Assembly: GCA_965197795.1 (NCBI GenBank)
Contig: OZ240228.1
Span: forward strand, 1,529,898-1,593,897
Reading direction: 5' to 3'
DNA: 64,000 bases
Origin: Dehalococcoidia bacterium
Lineage (GTDB): Bacteria > Chloroflexota > Dehalococcoidia > DSTF01 > WHTK01
Shown here: positions 18,413-28,706 of the stretch, piece after piece
Position numbering within the stretch: position 1 is the first letter of the stretch
Layout: every line of letters starts with the position of its first letter
Made by a program: the position numbers and the translations under genes
Notes under the pieces: model-generated
The model's database searches: none
Told to the model about the DNA's origin: nothing
The model's input: only the letters and a program-made list of their open reading frames with translations

Positions 18413-21400
18413 TTATTCGAACAGGCTATCGACCAGCGCCGCCGGAATGATTTGCACGTGGTTTAGTTCAACGTCGCTGAAGGCGAATCCACCGTCTTGC
18501 GTGGCGACCACGCCGACGGGGGCCGAAGACTGCAGCGGCTGCCACGTGCCGATCTGATCCCCAGCGTCTGTGAACAGCACCAGGCGCCCAACCTCCGGGT
18601 AGGACACGAGGATGCGGCCGTCGGTTAGCACCGCGACGTACGGTTTGTCCAGGACGTCGCGGCTCGTCCAGCCTGCCCTGATCTCGCCGATGTAGGCCGC
18701 GTCCGGGCCGAATCGCAAGATGTCGCCGCTCCAGGCATCCGCCACGAGCAGGCTGCCGTCAGCCGTCAGTGTCACACCCACCGGCTCGCTGAACGCCGCT
18801 TGCGCCCCTGGGCTGTTGACTATTCCCAGTGGTTCCCCATCTGGCCTGAAGTGCAGCAGACGGTTGTTGCCGGTGTCAGTCACCCAGAGCGTCCCGTCCG
18901 GCGCGATCGCGATGTCGCGCGGGCCGAAGAGGATCAACGGGTCGTCCACGGAGATCCCAGGTTCGCCCCAGGTTCGCACCAGCGTGAGGTCCGGCGTGAA
19001 CTTCTGAATGCGATGCTGCCACGTGTCGGCGACATAGACAAATCCCTCCGCGTCGACCGCTACGGACCACGGCTCGTTGATGCCGCCGGGCGCCGCGCCT
19101 GCGCTGCGGATCTGCGCCAGGAAGTTGCCCTCAGCATCGAATTTCTGTATGCGGTTGTTGAGCCCATCAGCCACCCAGAGGTTGCCCTGGGCATCGGCAA
19201 ACAGGTCCGCCGGCTGCCGGAACTCGCCCGGCGCGCTGCCCGCCTGACCGCCGCCGCTGATAACGATGCGCCCGTCAGCGAGCGTCACCGGTGGCTGTGG
19301 CTCCGTGAGTGGCCCGGCCGCGCGATCGAACGCCGAGAGTGTCAGCGGGAAATACGCCACGCCATCGACGGACCCGGTATTGTTGGCCACGGGCCGTCGG
19401 TTCAGGAAAAACTGCCCCAGCGCCTCCGCGCCATCCCAATCCGTCACTCTCTCCGAGGCGTCCTCGAAGGAGAGATCGCGATACGTCTCGTTGAACCACC
19501 AGCGGTGCTTGTACGGGGCGAAGGAATACATCGCCTCATCGATCAGCGACGTGTTGCTGCGGTTCACCAGAAGTACGGCTCCCGGAGGCGGTTGGTAGCC
19601 GCCGTCAACCGTGATAAACGCGACCTCATGGTAGTCGCGCAGGTACCAGGCCCAGGGCCACGCGAAGCTGTCGGCGGTGTCCACCACGATGGGCAGGTTG
19701 TTGCCGAGCCCGCTAACCTCCGCCAGGGAGTCGATGCGATCTCGGATCTGCGGCACGTCGGGCGACGTCTGAGTGTACACCAGCAGCTCGACCGGAGTGT
19801 CCTCGTTGTTGAACGACGCGTTGAAACCGGTGCGGATCGTCAGCGTCATCAGGACAGCCACCGCGACCACGAGCAGTCCGCGCCCGAATGCCTTGCTCGA
19901 CGTCATGAGGTGAGCCACGACGTAGCCCAGCAGCCCGACGGGCAATACGGCGGCAGCCCAGACCGCGGCGAACTGATCGACGCCGAACTTCCCGCTGAGC
20001 GCTAGCAGGGCCAGCAACACGGCGGCACCGGCGCCGATAACCGCCGTCAGCAGCAGCTCGTTTGCCGCCAGCGCCCGCGGCAGCGTTTTGAGGAGGCCCA
20101 CGGGCAACTCCCGCACGAGGCTGGCTACCAGCCAGACGCCCAGGCCGGCGAACACCGCGACACCGGCAAGCTGCACCGCGCCATCGCCCTCAATAACCAG
20201 GATGGCGGCCACCGCGGTTGTCGCCGCCGCGCCAGCTGCCATGAGCCAGTGACGGCCTCTCAGCTCCAGCGCTTCGATTGCCTTGGCCAGCGCCAGTGCG
20301 CCGATCAGCGCCATCGGCAGCGCGATGTGGGTTTCCAGCCACGGCATCTTCTCGCCGGCCAGCGTCAGGCCCAGGAACATGCCGCCCAGCCAGAATAGCA
20401 ACCAGCGCCGTAGCGAATCGCCGCGCAGCAGCAGCCAGGCCCCGCCACCGAATGCGAGAAGCATGGGCAGGAATTCGTACAGCGGCGTCACCAGGGCGTA
20501 GTAGTAGCCCGGTTGGTTGCCGCGCCTGACGTCCTGCTGGTCGAGCCAGTAATCCAGCGAGCCCCAGATCCCGCCGAAGAACCCACCTTCGCCGTTCCAG
20601 AAGGCGCCGGTCCACGGTCCAGGCTGGTTCGTGAAGAACGTTGTGTAGAGAAGCACGTATGGCACGAAGAAGCACGCCTCCGCGATCAGGAATAGCTTCG
20701 GGCGCCACAACAGCCCGCCGTAGGCCATCACCACCAGCAGAGCCACTACCGTAACGACCTGCAGCGTGCTTTCGCCACCGGCCGCGATGCCGTGGTTTGT
20801 CACGAAAGGCAGCAGCTGGACCGCCGCGGCGAACTGCGGCAGGGCCAGAAGTCCCATCAGCATCAGCACGTCGCCGACAGGTGGTAGCTTGGCAAATCCA
20901 CGGATCCGATTGGGAAATACGGGCACGAGTGCCGCCATAATCCACGCCACCGGTGCGATCAGTAGCGTCCGCAACACAACATCTACCTTCGAGACCTGTT
21001 CGCCTTCACGGCGCTTGCCGAACTCGATCGCCATCATCAGGTCGAGGAAGAGCAGGAAGATCGCCACCGTGATGAAAGTGACTTCCTTGGTGGCGAAGCT
21101 GAACGCCAGCACAGCGGCCATGATGTAGAGATAGCGCTCCTTTTTCTCGTCGAAGTAACGCCAAATGCAGACCACGAGTGCCAGGCTCCATACGGCCATG
21201 TAGATGTCGTTACGGAAGAAGCGGCTGAAGTAGAGCAGCGTCGGCGAGAACGTCAGCAGCACCGCGGCGATGATCACCGCCGGCATGCCGATCTGCTTGC
21301 GCAGCAGGTACGGCATGCCCACCAGAGCAGCGCCGAAGATCGCCGGAATCAATCGCGAAGTCGCGTCGGAGTCACCGAAGAAAAAGAAGCCGAGCGCCCC

Positions 21401-21658
21401 GGAGTGAAACAGGAACGGGCCGTGCATCAAGGGGTTGTGCTGATAGCCCTGGCCGTCGAACAGGAGCCAGGTATAACGCGCGTGCAGGCTCTCGTCGTGG
21501 TGCAGCGCCTGCGCGCCAAGGTCCCAGAAGCGCAGGACCGCTGCCAGCAGCATGAGTGCTGCGATCGCGATGAGCTCCTTGTGCACCACCACCCAATCGA
21601 GGGCGCTTTCGAGGCGCAGCGGCGCGTAGAGCCGGTTGCCTAGCGCAGTCTCAGCCAT
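18413..21658 (-). CDS. polytopic membrane protein (TIGR03663-like, GT-C/PMT-like fold) fused to C-terminal NHL-repeat beta-propeller
   Basis: About 14 TM helices in the N-terminal ~600 aa. The C-terminal ~350 aa carries 4-5 NHL-like repeats (GNLWVADGLNNRIQKFD, GFVYVADTWQHRIQKF, GTLWVTDTGNNRLLHF, GSLLVADAWSGDILRF). Confidence 0.8.
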   Translation of the reverse strand: MAETALGNRLYAPLRLESALDWVVVHKELIAIAALMLLAAVLRFWDLGAQALHHDESLHARYTWLLFDGQGYQHNPLMHGPFLFHSGALGFFFFGDSDATSRLIPAIFGAALVGMPYLLRKQIGMPAVIIAAVLLTFSPTLLYFSRFFRNDIYMAVWSLALVVCIWRYFDEKKERYLYIMAAVLAFSFATKEVTFITVAIFLLFLDLMMAIEFGKRREGEQVSKVDVVLRTLLIAPVAWIMAALVPVFPNRIRGFAKLPPVGDVLMLMGLLALPQFAAAVQLLPFVTNHGIAAGGESTLQVVTVVALLVVMAYGGLLWRPKLFLIAEACFFVPYVLLYTTFFTNQPGPWTGAFWNGEGGFFGGIWGSLDYWLDQQDVRRGNQPGYYYALVTPLYEFLPMLLAFGGGAWLLLRGDSLRRWLLFWLGGMFLGLTLAGEKMPWLETHIALPMALIGALALAKAIEALELRGRHWLMAAGAAATTAVAAILVIEGDGAVQLAGVAVFAGLGVWLVASLVRELPVGLLKTLPRALAANELLLTAVIGAGAAVLLALLALSGKFGVDQFAAVWAAAVLPVGLLGYVVAHLMTSSKAFGRGLLVVAVAVLMTLTIRTGFNASFNNEDTPVELLVYTQTSPDVPQIRDRIDSLAEVSGLGNNLPIVVDTADSFAWPWAWYLRDYHEVAFITVDGGYQPPPGAVLLVNRSNTSLIDEAMYSFAPYKHRWWFNETYRDLSFEDASERVTDWDGAEALGQFFLNRRPVANNTGSVDGVAYFPLTLSAFDRAAGPLTEPQPPVTLADGRIVISGGGQAGSAPGEFRQPADLFADAQGNLWVADGLNNRIQKFDAEGNFLAQIRSAGAAPGGINEPWSVAVDAEGFVYVADTWQHRIQKFTPDLTLVRTWGEPGISVDDPLILFGPRDIAIAPDGTLWVTDTGNNRLLHFRPDGEPLGIVNSPGAQAAFSEPVGVTLTADGSLLVADAWSGDILRFGPDAAYIGEIRAGWTSRDVLDKPYVAVLTDGRILVSYPEVGRLVLFTDAGDQIGTWQPLQSSAPVGVVATQDGGFAFSDVELNHVQIIPAALVDSLFE

Positions 21659-21679
21659 CGCGACGGGGTCCGTTCATAC

Positions 21680-24052
21680 TCATCTCGACGTTTCTATCGG
21701 TTCGCTGACCGGTGTCCGGTAGATCACTGTTTCGCCGGAGCGAAACACGGTGGACAGCGCCGACTCGAACTTGAGCAGCCCTTCCGACGGGTACTGTTCC
21801 CGCTCCTGCCGGCCTATAAAGACATAAGTCACGTCATATTGTTGCAGAATCGCCAGCGCTTCTTCCAGCGAGGCCGTCTCGTACACTCGGTTAACGTCGG
21901 CCCTGCGTTGCGCTAACAGGTCCCCGTCACGGCCCCACTGCACCTCGTGGCCGGCCCAGCCCAGCACGGTCGGAATGCCCGTCCGCGCCGACACGCGGCC
22001 GGCGGCTGAATACGGGTTGCCCGCCGCCTCGATGACACGCTCGCCCAGCCCCGCCCGGCTGCGCAGGTACTCGATGCCCTGGTAGTCGTCGCCTGTTTCG
22101 GCCAGAGTGAAACGAAGTCCGTCCAGGCTGCGAGCCTGACTGCCCAGCCCTCCGGTTCGCGACAACGTCGCGCCCAGCGGATACAGCAGCCCGGCCGTGA
22201 TGCACAACGTCGCCAGGCCAACGGCGGCGCCGCGTGTCACCTGAAGACCCGTAGATGGTAGCGAGACCTGCCGCAGCAGCCACCAGGCGCTGAACCCTCC
22301 CGACACCGCCAGCAACAGCCAAGCCTGGTAATACAGCTTGAACACGCTGTTCAACCGCGTGCCAAAGAGGTCCCGCACGAAGAAGAATTCAGCGCCCAGC
22401 ACCAATAGCAACCCGACGCTGGTCGCCGCCAGTGCCGGGGTCAGCGCTGAATTATCCTCGTCCAGGGACTCCAGGCTGCGCCACAGCGCCAGCACGCTAA
22501 CCACGAGCGCGGACACAAAGAACAGTGCCGTGCCCCAGTTCCAGCCCCGTGCAGCCACCGCATCCCACAGCGATCGGTCATCGATCGCGAGCAGCAACGC
22601 CCAGAGCAGAAGCAGTCCCAGCAACGGCGCCACGCAGGCCATAATGCGCCGCGTCGTCCTCGCCGACGGGTCAATCACGACGCGGAGCAGCGGCAAAGGC
22701 AGAGCCACGGCGATCAGCGGGCCCCAAAACAACGCACTGTGCAAGGGCCGCGTCGCGCCGTCGCTTACTGCGGCCAGGCCGTCCGCTTGCGACCCGAAGC
22801 CCAGGTAGAACGGTGCGTAGAGCGCCACGGAGAGTATGGCCAGCGGCGCCACGAATCCGGCTGTATCGGACAGTCCGCGCCTCAGGTCACGACCGGTCAG
22901 GTTGCGGAGCAGTACCAGCAGCGCGACCAGGAAACCGAAGGTCGGCAGGTCCCAGGCGTTGAGAAACGCCAGGCCTCCAACCAGGATCGCGCTCAGCAAT
23001 AACAAAAGCGGCCGTCTGCGCCACGTATCGAAGCGAAGCGGTGTTTCCGACCGCCAGAACGAGAGGCCAAGTGCGAATACTGTCAGCACGTACGGTATCG
23101 CCATCACGTGCGGGTGCAGGTCGCCTAGGATGAAGCTGAAGAACGGGAACTCGGTGATGCTGTTCGCGTCCGGCGAGATGCGCGTAGCCCGCCACCACCA
23201 CCAGAAGCTCGACTGCTCGTCGGGGTACTTGATGCAGGCGACCGGCAGCAGGCAAGAATCGCTCTCCTGCGCTGCATCCAGGTTGGCGATGTCGACGCTG
23301 TTGACCGTCGAGGCGTTCAGCGCCCCGTTGGCGACGCCAAACTCGAGCGCTCCCTCCAGGTTGCCCAGCAACGTCACGAAAACGGCCGCGGCAATTCCGA
23401 CGCCGAGCGCCGTGCGCAGCGCGACGCGACGCAGCAGCAATGCGAGGTCGTATCCCAGCCCGAACGCCGCTGTGGCGGCCAGCGCCGCCGTGCTCACTAG
23501 TCCCAGATTGAAGGTCACCGAAGTCTTGACCGCAGCCAGGTTGCCGACCATCGCCTGGATCAGGAAGCCGAAGTAGTAATAGCTGACGTCGAAGCCGGCC
23601 AGCCATGGGTCTTCCGGCGGATAGAAGCGGCTGCGATCGACGGCGTTGAGGTACAGGAAATCCATCGGTTTCTCGGTGCCGGCGATCTCCGGTATGTAGG
23701 AGCGAATGTGGGTGCCCGCGAACAGTGCCACGAGGAACACTGCCTCAACCGCCAGGATCAGTCCGAAACGTGACTTGAAGGCATCGCGAATCTCCGTGCC
23801 GCGTCTTCGCCAGATCAAAATATCGATCGCGACGAGCAGCAAAAGAACCCAGACGATACTGCCGGGGCGGTTGGGCAGGATGTGTGCGGTGAGGGCGAGC
23901 CAGAACAGGTAGCCCGTGAGCAGCAGCCCCAGCGGTTTCGCGAAGGCGTACCCGGCGCCGGGCAGGCGACGGAACAGGACGAACGCGATCGGTAGGGCAA
24001 CCAGCCCAAACGCTCCGAGGACCAGCCACCAGGCAAAGGTCTCGACGATCAT
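21680..24052 (-). CDS. Chlor_Arch_YYY (TIGR03662 / DUF2298) family membrane protein
   Basis: Large polytopic membrane protein with the signature FDVSYYYFGF motif. Lies immediately upstream of the TIGR03663-like gene, as is typical for this pair. Confidence 0.8.
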   Translation of the reverse strand: MIVETFAWWLVLGAFGLVALPIAFVLFRRLPGAGYAFAKPLGLLLTGYLFWLALTAHILPNRPGSIVWVLLLLVAIDILIWRRRGTEIRDAFKSRFGLILAVEAVFLVALFAGTHIRSYIPEIAGTEKPMDFLYLNAVDRSRFYPPEDPWLAGFDVSYYYFGFLIQAMVGNLAAVKTSVTFNLGLVSTAALAATAAFGLGYDLALLLRRVALRTALGVGIAAAVFVTLLGNLEGALEFGVANGALNASTVNSVDIANLDAAQESDSCLLPVACIKYPDEQSSFWWWWRATRISPDANSITEFPFFSFILGDLHPHVMAIPYVLTVFALGLSFWRSETPLRFDTWRRRPLLLLLSAILVGGLAFLNAWDLPTFGFLVALLVLLRNLTGRDLRRGLSDTAGFVAPLAILSVALYAPFYLGFGSQADGLAAVSDGATRPLHSALFWGPLIAVALPLPLLRVVIDPSARTTRRIMACVAPLLGLLLLWALLLAIDDRSLWDAVAARGWNWGTALFFVSALVVSVLALWRSLESLDEDNSALTPALAATSVGLLLVLGAEFFFVRDLFGTRLNSVFKLYYQAWLLLAVSGGFSAWWLLRQVSLPSTGLQVTRGAAVGLATLCITAGLLYPLGATLSRTGGLGSQARSLDGLRFTLAETGDDYQGIEYLRSRAGLGERVIEAAGNPYSAAGRVSARTGIPTVLGWAGHEVQWGRDGDLLAQRRADVNRVYETASLEEALAILQQYDVTYVFIGRQEREQYPSEGLLKFESALSTVFRSGETVIYRTPVSEPIETSR

Positions 24053-24082
24053 CAGGCTATCGTTGCCAAGCCCGCCATCTCG

Positions 24083-25039
24083 CTACTCGAACAGCGCTTC
24101 CACGAAGGCGCGCGGGTCGAAGGGGTTGAGGTCGTCCTCCCCTTCACCGGTGCCGACGAAGCGCACAGGCAAGCCCAACTCGTCGCTGATTGCGAAGACG
24201 ATGCCGCCCTTGGAAGTTCCGTCCAGCTTCGTCAGGGCGATCGCAGTCACATCCACCGCCTCAGCGAAGGCCTTTGCCTGGATCAGCGCGTTCTGTCCCG
24301 TCGTGGCGTCCAGGACCAGCAGCACCTCGTGCGGCGCGCTGGCGTCGCGGCGCTCGATGACGCGCCGCACCTTGCGCAGCTCCTCCATCAGGTTGAATTT
24401 GGTGTGCAGTCGGCCCGCCGTGTCGATAATCGCGGCCGCGGCGCCGCGGCTCTGTGCAGCGCCGATCGTGTCGAAGGCGACGGCGCTGGGGTCGGCGCCC
24501 TCCTTGTGCGCCACGACCTGCGCCCCGACCTGGTCGGCCCAACTGGTCAGCTGCTCGATTGCCGCGGCGCGGAACGTATCGCCGGCACCGACAACGACGC
24601 TATCGCCCTCGCTGACGTAGAGGTGCGCCAGCTTGCCGATGCTGGTCGTTTTGCCGGTACCGTTGACGCCGACGACCAGGATGACGCCGGGCCGTGGGGG
24701 TGTAGCTACGTCTTCGCCCCACAGCGCACCCCTCAGCGGCACACGCTCCAGCAGCGCGATCAGCTCATCCTTCAGAATGTCGCGCACGCCTTGCGCTTCG
24801 CGGATGTGTTCCGTTTCGACGCGGCCTTTGACGGCCTCGAGGATCTTCTCAGCGGTCTGCAAGCCGACGTCGGCGCCCAGCAGCACCTCTTCCAGCTCGT
24901 CCCACAACTCGTCGTCGATCTTGCCGCGGTCGAGGATGCCGCCGATGCGCCCGAACCAGCTGCGCCGCGTGCGGGTCAGCGCCACCTCGGTCTTCTCTTC
25001 GACCTGCTCCTGGGGTGCGGCGTGTCTGAACAGCGGCAA
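24083..25039 (-). CDS. ftsY: signal recognition particle receptor FtsY
   Basis: VGVNGTGKTTSIGKLA, DTAGRLH, LTKLDGTSKGG. Confidence 0.9.
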   Translation of the reverse strand: MPLFRHAAPQEQVEEKTEVALTRTRRSWFGRIGGILDRGKIDDELWDELEEVLLGADVGLQTAEKILEAVKGRVETEHIREAQGVRDILKDELIALLERVPLRGALWGEDVATPPRPGVILVVGVNGTGKTTSIGKLAHLYVSEGDSVVVGAGDTFRAAAIEQLTSWADQVGAQVVAHKEGADPSAVAFDTIGAAQSRGAAAAIIDTAGRLHTKFNLMEELRKVRRVIERRDASAPHEVLLVLDATTGQNALIQAKAFAEAVDVTAIALTKLDGTSKGGIVFAISDELGLPVRFVGTGEGEDDLNPFDPRAFVEALFE

Positions 25040-25102
25040 GCGGGGCTCCTGGCTAGCTAATGGGCTGAATCGATCTTAGCAGTCGGCGACGGTGCACCGA
25101 AG

Positions 25103-28100
25103 CTAGTTGTTCAGGTCATCCAGGCGCAGGGAGAGGATGCGCGACGTGCTGTCCGCGCCCATCGAGACGCCGTAGATCGAATCCGCCGCCTCGATCGTGC
25201 GCGGGTTGTGCGTGATCACGATGAACTGCGTCTTCTGCTCCAACGCCCGCAGCGCGTCGACGAAGCGCCCGACGTTCGTCTCGTCCAGCGCCGCGTCCAC
25301 CTCGTCCAGCACGCAGATCGGCGACGGGTGCGCCTCTAGCAGCGACAGCAGCAGCGCCAGCGAAGTCAGCGCCCGCTCGCCGCCGGAGAGCATCGCCAAC
25401 ATGTGCACCCGCTTGCCGGGCGGCTGCGCCACGATCTCGACGCCCGTGTTCGAGAAGTCGTCCGGCTGCGTCAGGCTGAGATGCGCCCTGCCGCCGTCGA
25501 AAAACGCCTCGAAGTAGCGCTGAAACTCCCTATCCACCACCTCGAAGGTCGTTTTCAGGCGTTCACGGATGTTCATTTCCAGCTCGTCGATCGCTTCGAG
25601 CAGCGTCTGCTCCGAGCCCTGCAGATCTTCGACCTGGCCTTGCAGGAAGTCAAAGCGCTCCTTGCTCTCGTTGTAGTCCTCCGCCGCCTCTTCGTTCACG
25701 GGACCCATGCCGCGAATCGAGGCTCGCAGTGTGCCCACGCGTGTCCGCAGCGTGTCGGTATCGACCTCTGCGGCGCCTCTGATCGGCGGCATACGGCCCT
25801 GCTGCTCGACGATCGTGCTGCCCTCGGCCAGCAGGACGCGGTCGCCGTCGGTCCGGAAGCCCTCGCCTTCGATTGTCTCCCTCAACGCTTCGATTTCGTC
25901 CGAATGCAGCTTCACCGCGGCTTCGGTCTCCAGCTGCGCCCGCTCCGCGTCCAGCAGCCGCGCCCGCGCCGCGTCGAGTTGCTCTCGCATGGCGTGCTCG
26001 CGGCCGGCGAGGTGCTGCAACTCGCCCTCCGCGGGCTCCATCTCGCCTTGCAAGCCTGCTAACTCCTCGCGGACCGTCGTCAGCTCCTGGCTGCCGCCGC
26101 TGCTCTGTGTCAGCTCCGCGATCTCCGCGTCGAGTGCCCGCAGTGACTCTTCCCGGCCGCCAATCCGCTGCTCGGCTCGCGAAACGCCTGCGTTGACCAG
26201 TTCGAGCTGTCGCGTCAGTGAACGTGCCTCGCCCTCCAGGTCGGCGTGCGCCGCCGCGGCCTCGGTTACCGAGTCGATACAGGCGCTGCGGCGTGGCGTT
26301 AGCTGCGCAAGCGCCTCGCGCTCCACGGCGATCGACTTCTCGAACTGCCGCACCTCGGCGCGGTAGCGCTCTATCTCCTCGGTCAGTCGCACCCGGCGGC
26401 CAGCCCAGTCCCTCTGATCGTCGCCGCGGGCCAGCTGGGCCTGCAACGCCTCCGCTTGGCTGCGTAGCAGCACCAGCTGGCCGCGGCCTTCCAGCATCTC
26501 GGTTTGCTGCCACGAACGGTCTTCGCGCAGCTCGTAGAGGTGAGGCTCGATACGCTTCAGCGCTTCGCTCGTGCTCGTCAGCCGTTCCTGCTCGCGACGC
26601 AGCGCAACCACGAGGTCGGCTTTGCGCTCCCCGGCCCGCGCCATCTCGCCGGGAATCTCCTCGAGTTCGTGCTGACGGCTGAACGACTGGCCTGCGGTCC
26701 GTGTCACGCCACCGGACAGCGATCCGTTCGGCCGCAGCATGACGCCGTCCATCGAAACTACGGAGCCTAGGCCGCGACGCAGCACTTGCTGCGCCAACGA
26801 TACCGTCTCCACCACTATGACGCGCCCGAGCAGCAAATCGACCAACGGCCGGAAGCGGTTGTCACACCGTACGAGCGCGGCCGCCACCCCGATGACGCCT
26901 TTTTCGCGCATCAAGTTCAGCGGCGGTGACGTGCGGATCGTGTCCAGCGGGTAGATGATTGCCCGGCCCGCCTCACGCTGCTTTAGCGCATCGATCGCCT
27001 GCAATGCCAGTGGCAGGTTCTCGAACACGAGCGCCTGCACGTTCTCGGCCAGCGCGGCCTCAATGGCGCGCTCCAATCCGGGCGGCACGCGGACGATGTC
27101 CTGAACCAGCCCCACCAGGCCTTCGATGGCGTGCTGGTTGTCCTCCTCTCCCGCTTCGCTCAGCAGGAACCGCGCGCCCGAATCCGCCCCGTCCTGCGCG
27201 CTCTGCAGGCCGCGCAACATTGCCTCTCTTGCACTCAGCTGGCCGAGCTGCCCGTCGAGCTGCATCGCCTCACGCTCGAGGCGCAGGACCGCCTCTCGCG
27301 CGCTCTCCATCGCGCTGAGCAGGCCGTTGCGCTCGTCTTCCGCCTCGGCGATTTCTTCGTCCAGCCGGGTTATGCGGGCCTGGTGCTCGCCTGCAGCCTC
27401 TTCCAGGCTCTCGATGTCGGCCGCGAGTTGCTCCTGATTCATGCCTTGCTGAGAAAGCTGGCCTTGCGACCGCTCCTCGTCCTCCGCGAGGCGCGCCAAG
27501 GACGCTTCGGTTTCCGCCACGCCGCGCTGCGCACGCTCAATGCGGTCCTCGCTCTCGGCGATGCGCCGGCGCAGCGCCGAGTACTCCTGCTCCAGTTCGT
27601 TCATCTCCTGACGCCGCGTTTCGATCAGCGCCTTGGCCGCATCGATCTCGGGCAGGATCGATGCGCCGCGTTCCTGCGCCTGCGTCAGCGAAGCCTGCAG
27701 ATCGGAGCGCTCGTCGCGTAGGGACTGCAGTTCCGTCTCAATTTCGACGCGCCGCCGCGTCTGACTCTCCAGCCGCTCACCATCGAAAGCCTGGCGCTGC
27801 TCCAGGGAGTGCACCTGGTCCGCCACGTCGCGCTGCCGCGTGCGGCGGTCGGTCAGCTCCTTCTCGCGTTCCTCGACCGCTACGCTCAGCGCCACGAGGC
27901 CCTCGCCGCAGGCCTTCACTTCGTCCTGCGTAACGACCATCTCTTGCTGCTTCTGGTCCAGCGCGGCCTGCGAGGACGTCAGCTTTTCCTGCGCCTCTTG
28001 CCAGAGCCGGCCGTACAACTCCCGCAGCGTCTCCTGCAATTCGGCGGCCAGGCGGCCATGCTCGGCGGCGCGGTCGGCCTGGCGCTCCAGCTGTCTCAGA

Positions 28101-28702
28101 CGGGGCCCGATCTCCTCCAGCAGCAGGTTGACGCGCTCGAGGTTCTCGCGCGTCGCCGCCAAACGATCGCGCGCCTCGTCTAAGCGTTGACGCAGCAGGC
28201 GCACGTCGGCAGCTTCTTCCAGCAAGCGGCGGCGCTCTTCCGGCCGCATCACCAGCACTTCTTCGACCAGCCCCTGGCCCATGAAGGCGTAGCTGTTCTG
28301 GCCCACTCGAGCGCGCATGAAGAGGTCAACGACGTCGCGCAGACGCACCTTGTTCTTGTTGATCAAGTACTCGCTCTCGCCATTGCGATAGGCGCGACGC
28401 GAGACGACAACCTCGCCGTAGTCAACGGGTAGCCAGCCCTCCGAGTTGTCCAGCGTGATCGAAACCTCGGCCATGCCTAGGGCAGCCTTCTGGCTCGAAC
28501 CGGAGAAGATCACGTCCTCCAGGCGGCGCGCGCGAACGTTGCGCGACTGCTGCTCACCCAGCACCCAGCGCAGCGACTCGGCAACGTTGCTTTTGCCCGA
28601 GCCGTTGGGCCCCACGACGGACGTGAGGCCGGGCCCGAACTCGAACAGCGTCTTGGTCGCAAAGCTCTTGAAGCCTTGCAGCTCGAGTCGCTTGAGGTAC
28701 AC
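25103..28702 (-). CDS. smc: chromosome segregation protein SMC
   Basis: N-terminal Walker A (GPNGSGKSN), long coiled coils, hinge, C-terminal LSGGE / DEVDAALD. Confidence 0.95.
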   Translation of the reverse strand: MYLKRLELQGFKSFATKTLFEFGPGLTSVVGPNGSGKSNVAESLRWVLGEQQSRNVRARRLEDVIFSGSSQKAALGMAEVSITLDNSEGWLPVDYGEVVVSRRAYRNGESEYLINKNKVRLRDVVDLFMRARVGQNSYAFMGQGLVEEVLVMRPEERRRLLEEAADVRLLRQRLDEARDRLAATRENLERVNLLLEEIGPRLRQLERQADRAAEHGRLAAELQETLRELYGRLWQEAQEKLTSSQAALDQKQQEMVVTQDEVKACGEGLVALSVAVEEREKELTDRRTRQRDVADQVHSLEQRQAFDGERLESQTRRRVEIETELQSLRDERSDLQASLTQAQERGASILPEIDAAKALIETRRQEMNELEQEYSALRRRIAESEDRIERAQRGVAETEASLARLAEDEERSQGQLSQQGMNQEQLAADIESLEEAAGEHQARITRLDEEIAEAEDERNGLLSAMESAREAVLRLEREAMQLDGQLGQLSAREAMLRGLQSAQDGADSGARFLLSEAGEEDNQHAIEGLVGLVQDIVRVPPGLERAIEAALAENVQALVFENLPLALQAIDALKQREAGRAIIYPLDTIRTSPPLNLMREKGVIGVAAALVRCDNRFRPLVDLLLGRVIVVETVSLAQQVLRRGLGSVVSMDGVMLRPNGSLSGGVTRTAGQSFSRQHELEEIPGEMARAGERKADLVVALRREQERLTSTSEALKRIEPHLYELREDRSWQQTEMLEGRGQLVLLRSQAEALQAQLARGDDQRDWAGRRVRLTEEIERYRAEVRQFEKSIAVEREALAQLTPRRSACIDSVTEAAAAHADLEGEARSLTRQLELVNAGVSRAEQRIGGREESLRALDAEIAELTQSSGGSQELTTVREELAGLQGEMEPAEGELQHLAGREHAMREQLDAARARLLDAERAQLETEAAVKLHSDEIEALRETIEGEGFRTDGDRVLLAEGSTIVEQQGRMPPIRGAAEVDTDTLRTRVGTLRASIRGMGPVNEEAAEDYNESKERFDFLQGQVEDLQGSEQTLLEAIDELEMNIRERLKTTFEVVDREFQRYFEAFFDGGRAHLSLTQPDDFSNTGVEIVAQPPGKRVHMLAMLSGGERALTSLALLLSLLEAHPSPICVLDEVDAALDETNVGRFVDALRALEQKTQFIVITHNPRTIEAADSIYGVSMGADSTSRILSLRLDDLNN

Positions 28703-28706
28703 GTCC

